Source of the DNA: Octopus bimaculoides
Lineage: Eukaryota
Length of the DNA: 64,000 nt
NCBI RefSeq assembly: GCF_001194135.2
Contig: NC_068985.1
Coordinates: 62,990,239 to 63,054,238 of the forward strand
Direction of reading: 5' to 3'
Shown: in pieces, positions 1-11,455 of the stretch
Numbering within the stretch: the first letter of the stretch is position 1
Layout: every line of letters starts with the position of its first letter
The notes under the pieces: model-generated
What the model saw: only the letters and a program-made list of their open reading frames with translations
Told to the model about the DNA's origin: nothing
Database searches by the model: none
Position numbers and translations under genes: made by a program

Positions 1-1080
1 TCCTACCTCTACCCAGAATTCTTCACTGTACTCGTTGCCAACCCTCACCTTACTGACAGCGTCTCTGTACATGGCTCGCACAGCTCTCACTAACCATTCT
101 TCTATCCCTAGTTTCCTCATTGACCACCAGATAAGGGATCGGGGTACCCTGTCAAAGGCTTTCTCCATGTCAACGAAAGCCAGGTACAGAGGTTTATCCT
201 TGGCTAGGTATTTCTCCTACAGCTGTCTTACCAGAAATATAGCATCAGTGGTGCTTTTCCCTGGCACAAATCCAAACTGCATCTCATCTAAACTGATTCG
301 CTCCCTAATTAGTTGGGCTATTACCCTCTCCGTGACTTTCATTACCTGATCCAACAACTTGATGCCTCTGTCTTTGGTCCTCACGGCGCAGAACATTGAC
401 AAATTTTTTCTTATCTGCTTCCCCTCTGGCTAAATAAACCTGTCTCCTAGCTTCCCTTCTAGTAGTCTGATACAATTCCCTGCTACCTCCACTCTTCCAG
501 TCCTTCCAAGCCTGTTTCTTTAGTCTAATAGCCCTGTCAACCACACTGTTCCACCACCAAGTTACTTTGGGTCGAGAGGGGACTTTACACCAGCCACAGA
601 TCTGGTCGGTGGCACTCAGCAGGTTGTCCTGTAGGAACCTCCAGTTGTCTTCCATGTTGTATGATGCTATATCCCCTTCTATTTCATCAAATGCTTCAAG
701 TAGTATGTCTGTAAATCTCTGTCCGTTTGCTGGATCTTTAAGTTTCCAAACCCTTCTCCTCCAAGTCGGTCTACTTCTGAGCATCATTTTTGTCTTGATC
801 TCGAAGTCGCTAACTACTAAGCTGTGTTGAGGGGTACATTCTTCACCAGGGAAGGTTTTGGCATTTATAAGCCGCCCTCTTTCCTTATTTCTGGCGAGGT
901 TGTAGTCGATTTGGCTAGAGTGTCTGCCGGAGCGGTAGGTTACTAGGTGACAGGCAAGTTTCTTGAAGTTGGTATTGCAAACCATAAGATCGTTTGCATC
1001 ACAAAACTCTAGCAGTCTGGTTCCCTCCTCATTGCGGGAACCGAAGCCATAGCCTCCATGAATGTTTACACGCTTGTTCG
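1..1080 (-). mobile_element. RTE-clade LINE fragment (endonuclease C-terminal part through N-terminal RT), internally deleted, runs off the window edge
   Basis: Minus frames give HGGYGFGSRNEEGTRLLEFC...SQIDY (APE endonuclease) and RGIKLLDQVMKV...QFGFVPGKSTTDAIFLVRQL (RT). Deletion and frameshift near 370. Confidence 0.9.
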
Positions 1081-1380
1081 TGGTACTCTGCTGAAGATAG
1101 TCGCCGAACAAGGTATATTTTTATCTTGCTAAATAACTTGAAACCATGGTACAGAGTATAGACTGGTAAAAGTTTTTATTTTTCATTCTCTTTCCAAATT
1201 ATCCCTATTTTTGTCGTATAGAATTTTTTGCTGCTTTTTCTAGCGGGTTAGATGTCCTATTATAGGCATCTCTGTATTTTAATGAATAATATATATATAG
1301 TCTATTGACTAATTTTTATTCTCGCTGGACCACTGGTGGTAAATTAAATTTCTAAACTTTTTTTGCTGCCCTATGATTTA

Positions 1381-1412
<32 letters not shown>

Positions 1413-2538
1413 GGAGACAGAGAATGGGGAGGAGAGACTGCATTCTCATACACAGGTGCTCGGCAATGCAATATGTTTTAGATATTGGTAGTTGTAGTTA
1501 TGCAAAAATATGCTGAACTCTAGTGACATCCTTGCATATGGGAGCTGGTAAAGGTTAATTAATGACACCTCATGTACCTGACTGCTGAATTTAGTAGATT
1601 ACCATGGTGCAGACAGCTTTGAGGAAATCTTACTACTATGTGAGAAATGACATAACAAGCTCATTGTAAACAGGGCTCAGGTGCTCTACAACTTGTCAGA
1701 AAAGGTTAAAAGAGGAAACAAAAAGCAGACATACAAGGCAAGCAAAGAAAGACAATGGAAGCTTTAAGTGCATGCACAGTAGACAATAAAATACAAAAAA
1801 TAGAGGAAAGTAAACATTAAAAGTGTCAGTAAAAAGAAAGGAATCATATATACATCAGGAGTAGTATTGGTGAATTTTGGGAAACATGGAAGTTTAAGAG
1901 GGTCCAAAGATATAGAAAAGCAATAAAAAATAATTAAAAATTCATTGGAACACATTGGCACTAAGGATAATCTAAATTAAATGTCTTGACCTTATTTAGT
2001 TTTAGGATTAGAGATTAGTGTTAATTTGAGCGGTTAAATATCTAATATAAGCCCTGGAATTAGTGACCTTGTTAACAACAATTGAGCAAGCCATTACAGA
2101 GCAATTACTTGAAAATAAGCAGATTTTAAATAAGGTTTTACTGTCAATCTCTACAATAATAAACCCCAAGACAATGAAGGTGTCTCTTTAAATTTGCTCT
2201 ATAAATAGCAGATCACAGCCCCCTGTCTTATAAATGAAAGGACGCATTGGACAATATAGATGAAGTGGTAACACCTGGAAGGACTTGTGTTTGTATATGT
2301 CTGTCTCTACATGTTTGTGTGTGTGTGTGTGTGTGTGGAGTGTGGGGCATGTATGCGTGTGTTTGTGTTTTGAATCTATGTATTCATGTGTGCATGTGTA
2401 TATTTTTTGTGTGTATATGTGTGTTGAAGTTTAGTAATTGTTATAGATTATTGTTTTGCTTTGGTCCATCAATTTTAAAACTGAAGTTTTAGGGTCACCA
2501 TGCTGAGATACAGTGACATAATGTGAGTTTTGATTTAA

Positions 2539-2757
2539 CCCTTTTGATACCAACCGCCTGAAACTGCTTCTGGCTCTGTAGTACAACTGCTTTGTTTTCA
2601 AAAGCCCTAAATTAAATTCTGCCACCAAACCTTAATCACAATTTATGTTCTTAACATTAGCTTAATGATAACTAAGTTATTTTGCTATGTTCTTTGTTAT
2701 ATTTCATATTAATTGAAAGAAACACAGCATATCAACAGAAATATGGTAACAAAAATG
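2539..2757. mobile_element. piggyBac-like MITE (degraded)
   Basis: TTAA at 2535-2538 and 2758-2761 flank the imperfect TIRs CCCTTTTGATACC / GGTAACAAAAATG. Confidence 0.55.
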
Positions 2758-2797
2758 TTAAACCTGGTTGAAGCTGTACCGTTTTAGGTTTGATTTA

Positions 2798-2868
<71 letters not shown>
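2798..2868. repeat. (GA)n microsatellite
   Basis: Direct reading. Confidence 0.95.
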
Positions 2869-2873
<5 letters not shown>

Positions 2874-3744
2874 TCGTTCCCCATACTGGTTTGGTACTTT
2901 AATCATTGATCGTCTGACCTTGAGGGTTTTGAACCCAGAAAGCTGGATTAACAACTCAAATGATTTAAGGATATATTAGTCAAGGATCAATAACAAAACT
3001 CACTGTATAAGATAAAAAATATATATTAAAAACCGAAACTAGTTTTTATTGTTTTGAGGTAAATGAAATGTGCAGAGGTGTATTGGTGCCATATAAACAC
3101 ACTGAGGATATATTTAGCTGTGTAAACACACAATATTGAAAGAGCATCAAGGGTGATGTTTATTAACAGATTTTCATTAGTATGTTTGTTTTGTGACAAC
3201 ATAACTTTTTTAAAAACTAAATTGAATCACTTAACAGATTTTTAAAAATTTCAAAAGCAAAACTTCAATTTGAGACGGGCAGGTAAACATCAATGACTTG
3301 TAATAAAGATGCCTAATATAGGTATAAAGCCAGGAATTTCGAAAGAAGGGAGTCAATTGACTGTGTGGCTTTGGTTAAATGGGTTTTGATATATTTTACA
3401 ATGTTAAGATTGTGTGCTGTCCCATAATAAAAACAGTTCCAATGTCGTTTAAATAACATTTATTTTTACAGAAGTATATTACAATATTTACATACACAGT
3501 AGCTTGCTAATACTGTATTGTGGAGTACTAGAAGAAAATGTAGTTCATAGTTACATTAATAACAGAAAAGATTAGCTTCATGTGAGAGGCAGGAAAAATA
3601 CTCATTTCATCATAGTCAACAATTCCTTTAACTTAGGGTTGTCTGTACTTTCTATATATGCCTCTCATGTGTTTTTGACTAAGAATTGGCTGGTTACTTA
3701 TTTGTGTGGAAAGAGGTGTGGATATTGTGTTCATGGTACATGCT

Positions 3745-5110
3745 TATTATTTTTTATTATGCTGATGACCTTGCTCTAATTACTGAGTCACTATCAGAAC
3801 TAGAGGAAAAGTTTCAGGTGTGGAAGCAAGGATTAGAATTGCAGGGCCTTAGAGTCAACCTAGCTAAATCCAAAGTCTTAATAAGTAGGAACGCAGACAA
3901 ACCTTCCGGTAGATGGCCCTGCTCGATTTGTAGAAAAGGCATAGGTAGAAACGCCATAAGATGTACCCAGTGTAAGCTATGGACACATAAGAGGTGCAGC
4001 AATATCAAAGGGAGGCTACTGGGAAGATAGTTTTTGTATGTGGCAAATGCTCAGGTGCTATAAACACTGAAAATGTGCAGAGAACAGCTTCTGTCACATT
4101 CCAGGGAGAAAAACTAGACTTAGTTGATAGCTTCCTTTACCTAGGGGACCAAGTCAGTTGCAGGGGTGGATGCTCTGAAAATGTAGCTGCTAGAATAAGA
4201 ATAGCCTGGGCAAAGTTCAGAGAGCTCCTACCTCTGCTGGTGACAATGAGTTTCTCACTCAGAGTAAAAGGTAGACTGTATGACGCATGTGTATGAACAG
4301 CCATGCTACATGGCAGTGAAACATGGGCTGTGACTGCTGAGGACATGCATAAGCTTGCAAGGAATGAAGCCAGTATGCTCTGCTGGATGCGTAATGTCAG
4401 TGGTCATACACGACAGAGTGTAAGTGCCCTGAGAGAAAAGTTGGATTTAAGGAGCATCTGATGTGGTGTACAAGAAAGACGACTGCACTGGTATGGTTAT
4501 ATGTTGTGAATGAATGAGGACAGCTGTGTGAAAAAGTGTCACACCTTAGCAGTTGAGGGAACCTGTGGAAGAGGTAGACCCAGGAAAACTTGGGATGAAG
4601 TGGTGAAGCATGACCTTTGAACATTGGGCCTTACCGAGGCAATGACTAGTGATCGAGACCTTTGGAGATATGCTGTGCTTGAGAAGACCTGACAAGCCAA
4701 GTGAGACCATGGCCCATGGCCTATGCCAGTGGATGTAACCGGCCCACTTATGAGTCCCCTCTCATTCATTGGACAATGAACTTTGCTTGCAAAGACCTAT
4801 TAAGGTAAGTGAAAACAAATCAAACTTGCTGACATGGCTGATGACAGTACTGCCTGATTGGCACTCGTGCCAGTGGAACGTTAAAAGCACATCCGAGCGT
4901 GATCGTTGTCAGGGCCATGGATTGGCTCTTGTGCTGGTAGCACATGAAAAGCACCATTCAAGTGTGATCATTGCCAGAGTCGCCCTACCGGCACATGTGC
5001 TGGTGGCACATGAAAAACAACATTCAAGTGTGGTCTTTGCCAGTGCCGCTGGACTGGCTCCCGTGCAGGTAACATGTAAAAGTCACCTTTTGAGCTTGGT
5101 CGTTGTAGTG
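3745..5110 (+). mobile_element. 5'-truncated RTE LINE: RT C-terminus, PHD-like zinc finger, ORF end and repetitive 3' UTR (pseudogenised)
   Basis: YADD at 3758-3769, KSKVL, FLYLG, WAKFRELLPLL, GRGRPRKTW, ORF end VLEKT*QAK*. Frameshift near 4018 and several stops. Confidence 0.9.
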
Positions 5111-5114
5111 TTCT

Positions 5115-6055
5115 TCTGCATCTTGTGAGCCTTATGTACAATGATTGTTGTTGCAAGGTTTCCGCCAAAGTTTGCAGTCAAGATACTGTTATTGACACGT
5201 ATGATGCTGCTGAGTGCTATTTTAGCATTCTTATCAAAGATGATTCCTACAGAACCACATGCAGCACTGCTCTCATTCCTCCATGCTGATGTAATTACTT
5301 GGCTTTTTTCCTATTGGGTGTACTCTATCTCATCTTTGTGCATTATTTTGTGATCAGTTATTGCTAGGATGTTCATGCTGTAATATCTGAATAACTTTGC
5401 AAGTTCTAGTCTTTTATACTCCAATCGAATGGTGTGTACGTTTATAGTACCAATGTTTAAAAGTCTTTTGGCTTTTGCCAGTTAACCAGGTTTAACATAT
5501 GTTGATCTTTGCTGTCAGCCACATCTCTCCCATTAGAGTTTCAAGATATCATGTCATAAGTGCTGGATAAATCCTGACTTGCATTGACAACAGGTTGTAG
5601 ATTAGAGGCTTGAACCCTAGTGCAGCTAGTAAACCTTGTTATTTTGGCCTTTTGGTGGCTTAATACTGACAGGGGCACATACTCCTCCTGTAGATTGCAT
5701 TTCCTCATTAGTAGAGACATGATCTCCTTCAGTGACACATAAATTGCATATATTCAATAAATTAGTTTGTTGAAGCTTGCATCCATTGCATACCAGCCTC
5801 CTGCAATTCAAGGCTGGAATTTTTTATCATTGAAGTTTATTCTTTTAGGTACGTTTGGTCCAGGACTGTTTATTTTTATATTCACAGCTAACCTTCATAC
5901 CTGAAGGCCTTTCTCCTATCTTCCACCTGGGGACTTGGTGGATGGAAGTTTTCTCTCCACACCAGGGTCTGCCAAAAGATGATTTGGCTCAGTCTTCCCT
6001 ACCAAATGCCTTAGGGGCTCTCCCTGCAGATTTTCTGTAGGGGTTTACTCTCTTA
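5115..6055 (-). mobile_element. 5' part of a second RTE-like LINE (5' UTR plus endonuclease N-terminus)
   Basis: Minus frame 5475-5115 reads LLNIGTINVHTIRLEYKRLELA...ILAITDHK...ITSAWRNESSAACGSVGIIF...FGGNLATTIIVH, typical of an APE endonuclease N-terminus. The UTR boundary is approximate. Confidence 0.7.
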
Positions 6056-6174
6056 GCCTTTCATACTCATATGTTTATAAGCAGAAAGAAAAAAAAAAGG
6101 ATATAAGAGAATATAAAGATAATAATATAAAAATAAGAATATAAAAAGGAATATAAAAATATAAATATAGTATA

Positions 6175-6298
6175 GTAGGAATTCTGCCAGATCAGATTGG
6201 AGCCTGGTGTAGCCATCTGGTTCACCAGTCCTCAGTCAAATCGTCCAACCCATGCTAGCATGGAAAGCGGACGTTAAACGATGATGATGATGATGATG
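6175..6298 (+). mobile_element. RTE-type 3' terminal fragment with (GAT)n tail
   Basis: tcaaatcgtccaacccatgctagcatggaaagcggacgttaaacg(atg)n; the same sequence occurs at 45422-45485 and degraded on minus at about 7615-7765. Confidence 0.7.
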
Positions 6299-6324
6299 AA
6301 ATATAGACGGATGCTTAAAAATAT

Positions 6325-6368
<44 letters not shown>

Positions 6369-7009
6369 TACAAACATCCTGCACATATGTACATATTATT
6401 GAATGGCCATGCTTGGATAAGTGCATTGAAGACAAAGTAATTCTTTTGAATGCAAGTCAAACAGTGACCAGGAATCCTGTGTTCATCTATCTTCTCTGGA
6501 ACCTTCTCAAATCTCTGCACTAATTCTGGTATGCTTTCACTTTTGTAACCCCTTTTTATGCAAGAACATCATAAAACATGAGAGAACATTCTATAATATG
6601 GGGTGATATTACTACAAGCTGAATGGTTGGTATTCAGGGCACGTCACCTGATCTAGGTGTGGTCTGATCCTTGTTACTAAAGCTGTAAGGTTTTGATTCT
6701 AAGTTTTGTACAATTATATGACACTCTGTACTTGACTAGTAGTTTGCTTTATCAACTCCAGAGGGATTTTGTTGGGATTTGAACTAAGAATATAAAGAGC
6801 TTGAAAAATAATGAAAGACATTTAGCCACTGATTCTGCTTATCCACTGCTCTAATGATTTGTAATAATGCCACAAAAAAGCAAACAATTCAGTCCAAAAT
6901 GTCAACAAAAATTTTTTAAAAAAGCATAAAATCTCTATAAAAAGAAAACTTTTTTTTAATTGTGTAGAAAGTGACAAAATATATTTTAATAATCATTTCT
7001 ACTATAGGT

Positions 7010-7200
7010 ATAAGGCCTGAAAATTTGGGAGAGAGGGCTAGTTGATTACATTGACCCCAGTGCTCTACTGGTACTATTTCATTAACATTGAAAGAATGAA
7101 AGCAAAGTCTACCTTGATAGAATTTGAACTCAGAACATAAAGATGGACAAAATGCCACTAAGCATTTTGATCAGCATGCTAATGATTCTGATGGCTTGCT
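7010..7200 (-). mobile_element. SINE family B, old CpG-decayed copy
   Basis: Aligns by eye to 57275-57483 (B-box gagttcaaatt, ggggtcgat...aatcgac block) with CpGs mutated. A similar copy lies at 8470-8640. Confidence 0.7.
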
Positions 7201-10200
7201 GCCTTAAAATATATTTCAATAATGAAGAAATGGTTAGACTCAGAACATAAATATAACAAGATATGAGCATCAAATTTTTTATACACCCCATTTTTCTTAA
7301 ATGGAAACAAGGAAAATTTTTTAATTGGAACTTGAAGTTATAACATCTAGTCATTATTGAGTTTTTCAGTTTCAAGATATTAATTAGTTAATCTATTATA
7401 GCTTGATTAATTTCATAATTGAGTTTTTCAACATTATTCTCAAATAAAATTTACCCCAATTAGTGTCTGAAAGTACATACAAATGTAGAAATTTATTGGA
7501 TTTTGTTTTTCTTTCTAATTCACAGCATTAATCTTAATTATTCCTCAACTGGGAAATTTTCTGATGTCTTTGATATGACTCTCTCCATTAATGCCTATCA
7601 TTGCAATCTCTTTGACATCATTCAGTGTCTGTTTTCCGTACTGGTATGGGTTGAACAACTTGACTGGCTCTGGAAAATCATAGGGTTGCATTGAGCCCCT
7701 GTGTCAGCTTTGGCATGGTTTCTGTGGCTGGATGTCCTTTATAATGCCAACCACTGATCACTAGTGAGGTCACTAAGTAACTTTCAAAAGAAGAAAAGAG
7801 CAAGAAGAAGGAAAAAGGAAAAAGCCTCCTCCACTAAATGGATATCTGAGAAGAGTATAGGAGAAGTGGTGCTTCTATGCCAGGTATTGAGAGGCTGAAG
7901 TGTAAAGGGACAAACTGAAGCTATAGAAAAGATACAAGACTGCCCCACATTAGGTGGGTGGTAGTAGCTGGAAATAAAACAGATAGTAGTGGTGGGATAT
8001 CTGGGCATCACAACATACAAAAAAGGTGCATATAAAGGAGGATATAGTCAGTGGATCAGGGGTGAGAGGGGGAAGTTTTATAAGAGTGTTAAGGGTAAGC
8101 AAATAAATGGTTAGAAATAAAAGAATGTATATAGTGATAAGCAAGGGTGAAGGTGCAGTTGATGGGAAATACCAGTATAGAGAGGGGTGAGATGAGAGAT
8201 GTAGGAGTGGTTTAGGAAGAAGTATAGGTCAAAAAGTAGGGGAATGACGTGTAAATTGTAGGAGAGGTGAGGAAGGATATGTAGCGGTACATGAGGTGTG
8301 GGTGGGGCATAGTAAGTGGGGTGTGATGGCAGATATGAAAGTGTATTGAGAATGATAACAAATATGAAAGGTATTAAGGATGGAATGATATATGTGCCAA
8401 TTCTGCCCTCTGTTGATCGCAGCAGTTGAGTAGCACCTTCTAAGAAAGATACAAGACTGAGAATTTGGTGTTGGGGTCAGTCGATTAAATCTACCTCAGT
8501 ACTTGACTGGTACTTTATTTTGTCAAACCTGGAAGGTTGAAAGGTTAAATTGAAATTGGCAGGATTTGAACTCAGAACATAAAGAGCCAAAACCATACTG
8601 CAAAATATTTTGTGTAATGCACTAACAATCCTACCAATCCACATAATTAGTAATAATACCTGAATTTCTGTAAGCTTAATTTTAATGACAGAATTTTTGT
8701 TGTTGTTGTTTAGCTCCAGGACAGTCCTGATTGAGTAGTACTATGATTATAGACGTTCTAGATGTGATCATCCTCTTCTTCATGCAAAATATATCTAGGA
8801 CTACACTATCTAACATATTCCATTTTGTTTAATGATGGCTGGAAGATTTGGTTGCTATTTGTAGCATCAAATGCAGCCATGCTGAGGTGTCCTGAATGGC
8901 TTGTTATACAGTTGTTGTTTAATATCAGAGTAAGATGACTTGGTCACAGTCTGGAAGGGAAGGACACATTAGGTAATGTAGTCCTAGTTAGTCCTAACAT
9001 GACAGGCTGGTCACAGCTGATCTACTAGATTTGCTCAATCAGGATTGAGATGGAGATACATAACAGCAATGACAGCTGTCTTGTAATCACCCTGTTACTA
9101 TTTCTCTTGCAACTAACACTAAATTGGTTTCAACTATATCACTTTGTCATAATCATTATCATAGTAACTTCAATGATCAACACGTTCAGTTGTTTCTCTA
9201 CCCACTTATAAACATGACACTAAAACACCTCACTAGTTGCCTGTCTTCCTAAGTGTCAGGGTGCGAAGTAACATTTAATATAACAACAAATCAACCATGA
9301 ACCAACAATGCTCTGCAGCTGTAACTGCATCATTAACAAGTGGGTAGCTGCAATATTAAAAACAAAATACTTATCATTTCCTCAAGAAAAAAACACAAAA
9401 TGTTGTCAAGCAAATTGTCTTTCAAGTCACCATTTCTGTCTTGAGTATAACAGCAATACAGTTAGAGCAACTCATTTCTCTTTTGCCAATCCTTTGTAGT
9501 GTACAATAATTGCATAACAATAATATTTAGTTTCCTTGAATGAGATAAAAGAATCTCTCCTTTCACTCATTCTTTTTAACTTGTGCCTGCTCAAAAAGTA
9601 AATGCAGCTTCATATACTAATAACAACAATGTGTTAAGATGTATCTCACCAATGAGAAGTTAAAGGAAAACTTGCCATGCTGTGACTGAATTAATCCTGG
9701 TCATGCCCACTGTGGCCACCACTGAAACTATCTGATACACAAACATGAATTGTTTATGTACAGGGAAGCAGTATGTCTGGATTGTTAAAATGGATCTTAT
9801 ATGACAAACATTGCATGTTGGGATGTACTGTATAGTTTCTCAGTTTTGCAGAGGTATGGAATTAACTGGAATAGATTATACCTAATTGTTTCACTGACTT
9901 CATGAGTACCATAAATATGCTTACTTAGGGGTTGGCCTAGTGTTAAACAAGAACAGAACAATGCCATTAAAGGGAAAATAAAGTGATTCCTGATGAATAA
10001 TTTCGTAGGACAAAGTGAGTGCTGTTGTTTAGCTCTCAGTCATTCTTGATTGAGTTGATCTATGATTTAAGGCAGTCCAGCTGTGACCATCCCACTTACT
10101 TATTTACAATCCATTCAATATGTTCTTCCTTTTTCAAAATGGTAGAGTGTGATTTGAGGGAGATTAAGTTGTAATTTTAAGCAAGATGACATGTAGAGGC

Positions 10201-10739
10201 TGTCATTTTCTTCCATGTCTGTGGTGTGCCATGAAGATAACGGCATTAATATAAAGGTTAATGAAATCAGAGATGACAGAACGCTGACTCTCACTAATGT
10301 TGTTGACATTGAATAATCCAAACTATTACAACTGTGAAACTTGATAGGGATTTGTTTATTGTAAATGCAAAATGGATTTGAAAGGGCAAAAATATAATTA
10401 TGAAAAATCTATAGAACAAATCAAATTAAGGGTTTACTGTATATCTGTGTATGCATTACTATTGGGTAGTTTGCTGTATATTTTTGTACAAATTACTAAA
10501 TGATATTATAGTAAGAAATATATTATATCTTTACAGTGATATTGTAGCAAACTCATAAGAGGCGGAGAGAGAATGTAGGTTCGTTTGCCCGAACATGAGA
10601 AATTATTGATTTCTCATTGGTTAAAAATTACTGCCCATATATGAATTCTGAACTTCATTGAAGAAGTCTTTCACGAGGTATGGTTTTAGGATTTGTGTAT
10701 GAGCAGTTATAAAAACCCTGATTTTTGGGAAACTCTCCA

Positions 10740-10860
10740 GTGATCATTGGATTGACACTCAAATCCATGACACTCACTCAAGTGATCGTTGGATGCCACT
10801 CAAATCCACGACACTCACTCAAGTGATCGTTGGGTTGTGACTCAAATCCATGACACTCAC
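10740..10860. repeat. Minisatellite, 3 units of 41-42 bp
   Basis: gtgatc(a/g)ttgg...actcaaatcca(t/c)gacactcactcaa starting at 10740, 10782 and 10823. Confidence 0.85.
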
Positions 10861-11437
10861 CCTCTTGAGTATCGGCTAATATTTATACCATGTTCAATAC
10901 TCAAATCCGACAATATTGAATTGTTATGAACTCTTATAACTAGAATGAAAGATTAGTTAGTATAAAATTTAAGTTGTAATTCTCTACGACGAAATAACTT
11001 TATTTCTAACTGTTCTATGAATGCCAAAAATGTACATAATAAACTGATGTAGAAATTTAATTCCTTTTACTTCTCGTTTCTTTCAACTTGTTGAATTTAT
11101 TTCTGTATATTAATGAAACTGTATTTTTTTATGTGTAACAGTCAAAAAAATATAATCTATATCCTCAACATACATGTACGTATGAACGCACGTTCAGCAT
11201 TTTGGTATGTATACATCATAACATTTACGCAGCCTAAACTAAGAGTTATGCTTAGTGATAAATACTTATAATTAAGTTATAAGTAACGAGATTATCATTA
11301 TAGCTTTTAATTAAGAAACAATAATATTTGTTATAACTTACGATTTGTTATAACTTACATTGTAAATAAAGATATAGTATATTTCTCACTATCCGACCTG
11401 TTATTTACATAAAAATATATTTGTAAGTAAATATATT

Positions 11438-11455
11438 ATTTTTCTTTCGTTTCAG
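11438..11455 (+). promoter_or_regulatory. 3' splice acceptor of the giant exon
   Basis: Polypyrimidine tract atttttctttcgtttcAG; the last in-frame stop (TAA 11428-11430) lies just upstream. Confidence 0.8.

Noticed and set aside
1430-1720. Possible Copia integrase remnant (NKLIVNRAQVLYNLSEK)
   Set aside because: Single weak motif with stops; no LTR or other domains found.
10537-10677. Candidate upstream coding exon (ttacAG ... GAG|GTATGG)
   Set aside because: Stops in all three frames, including five codons before the donor in the phase needed to join the giant exon.
10740-10860. CRISPR-like periodicity (also 29184-29327)
   Set aside because: Tandem units without unique spacers, no cas genes, eukaryotic context.
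11142-11204. 63-bp symmetric candidate exon (aacAG ... TTG|GTATGT)
   Set aside because: Two stops in the phase-1 frame.
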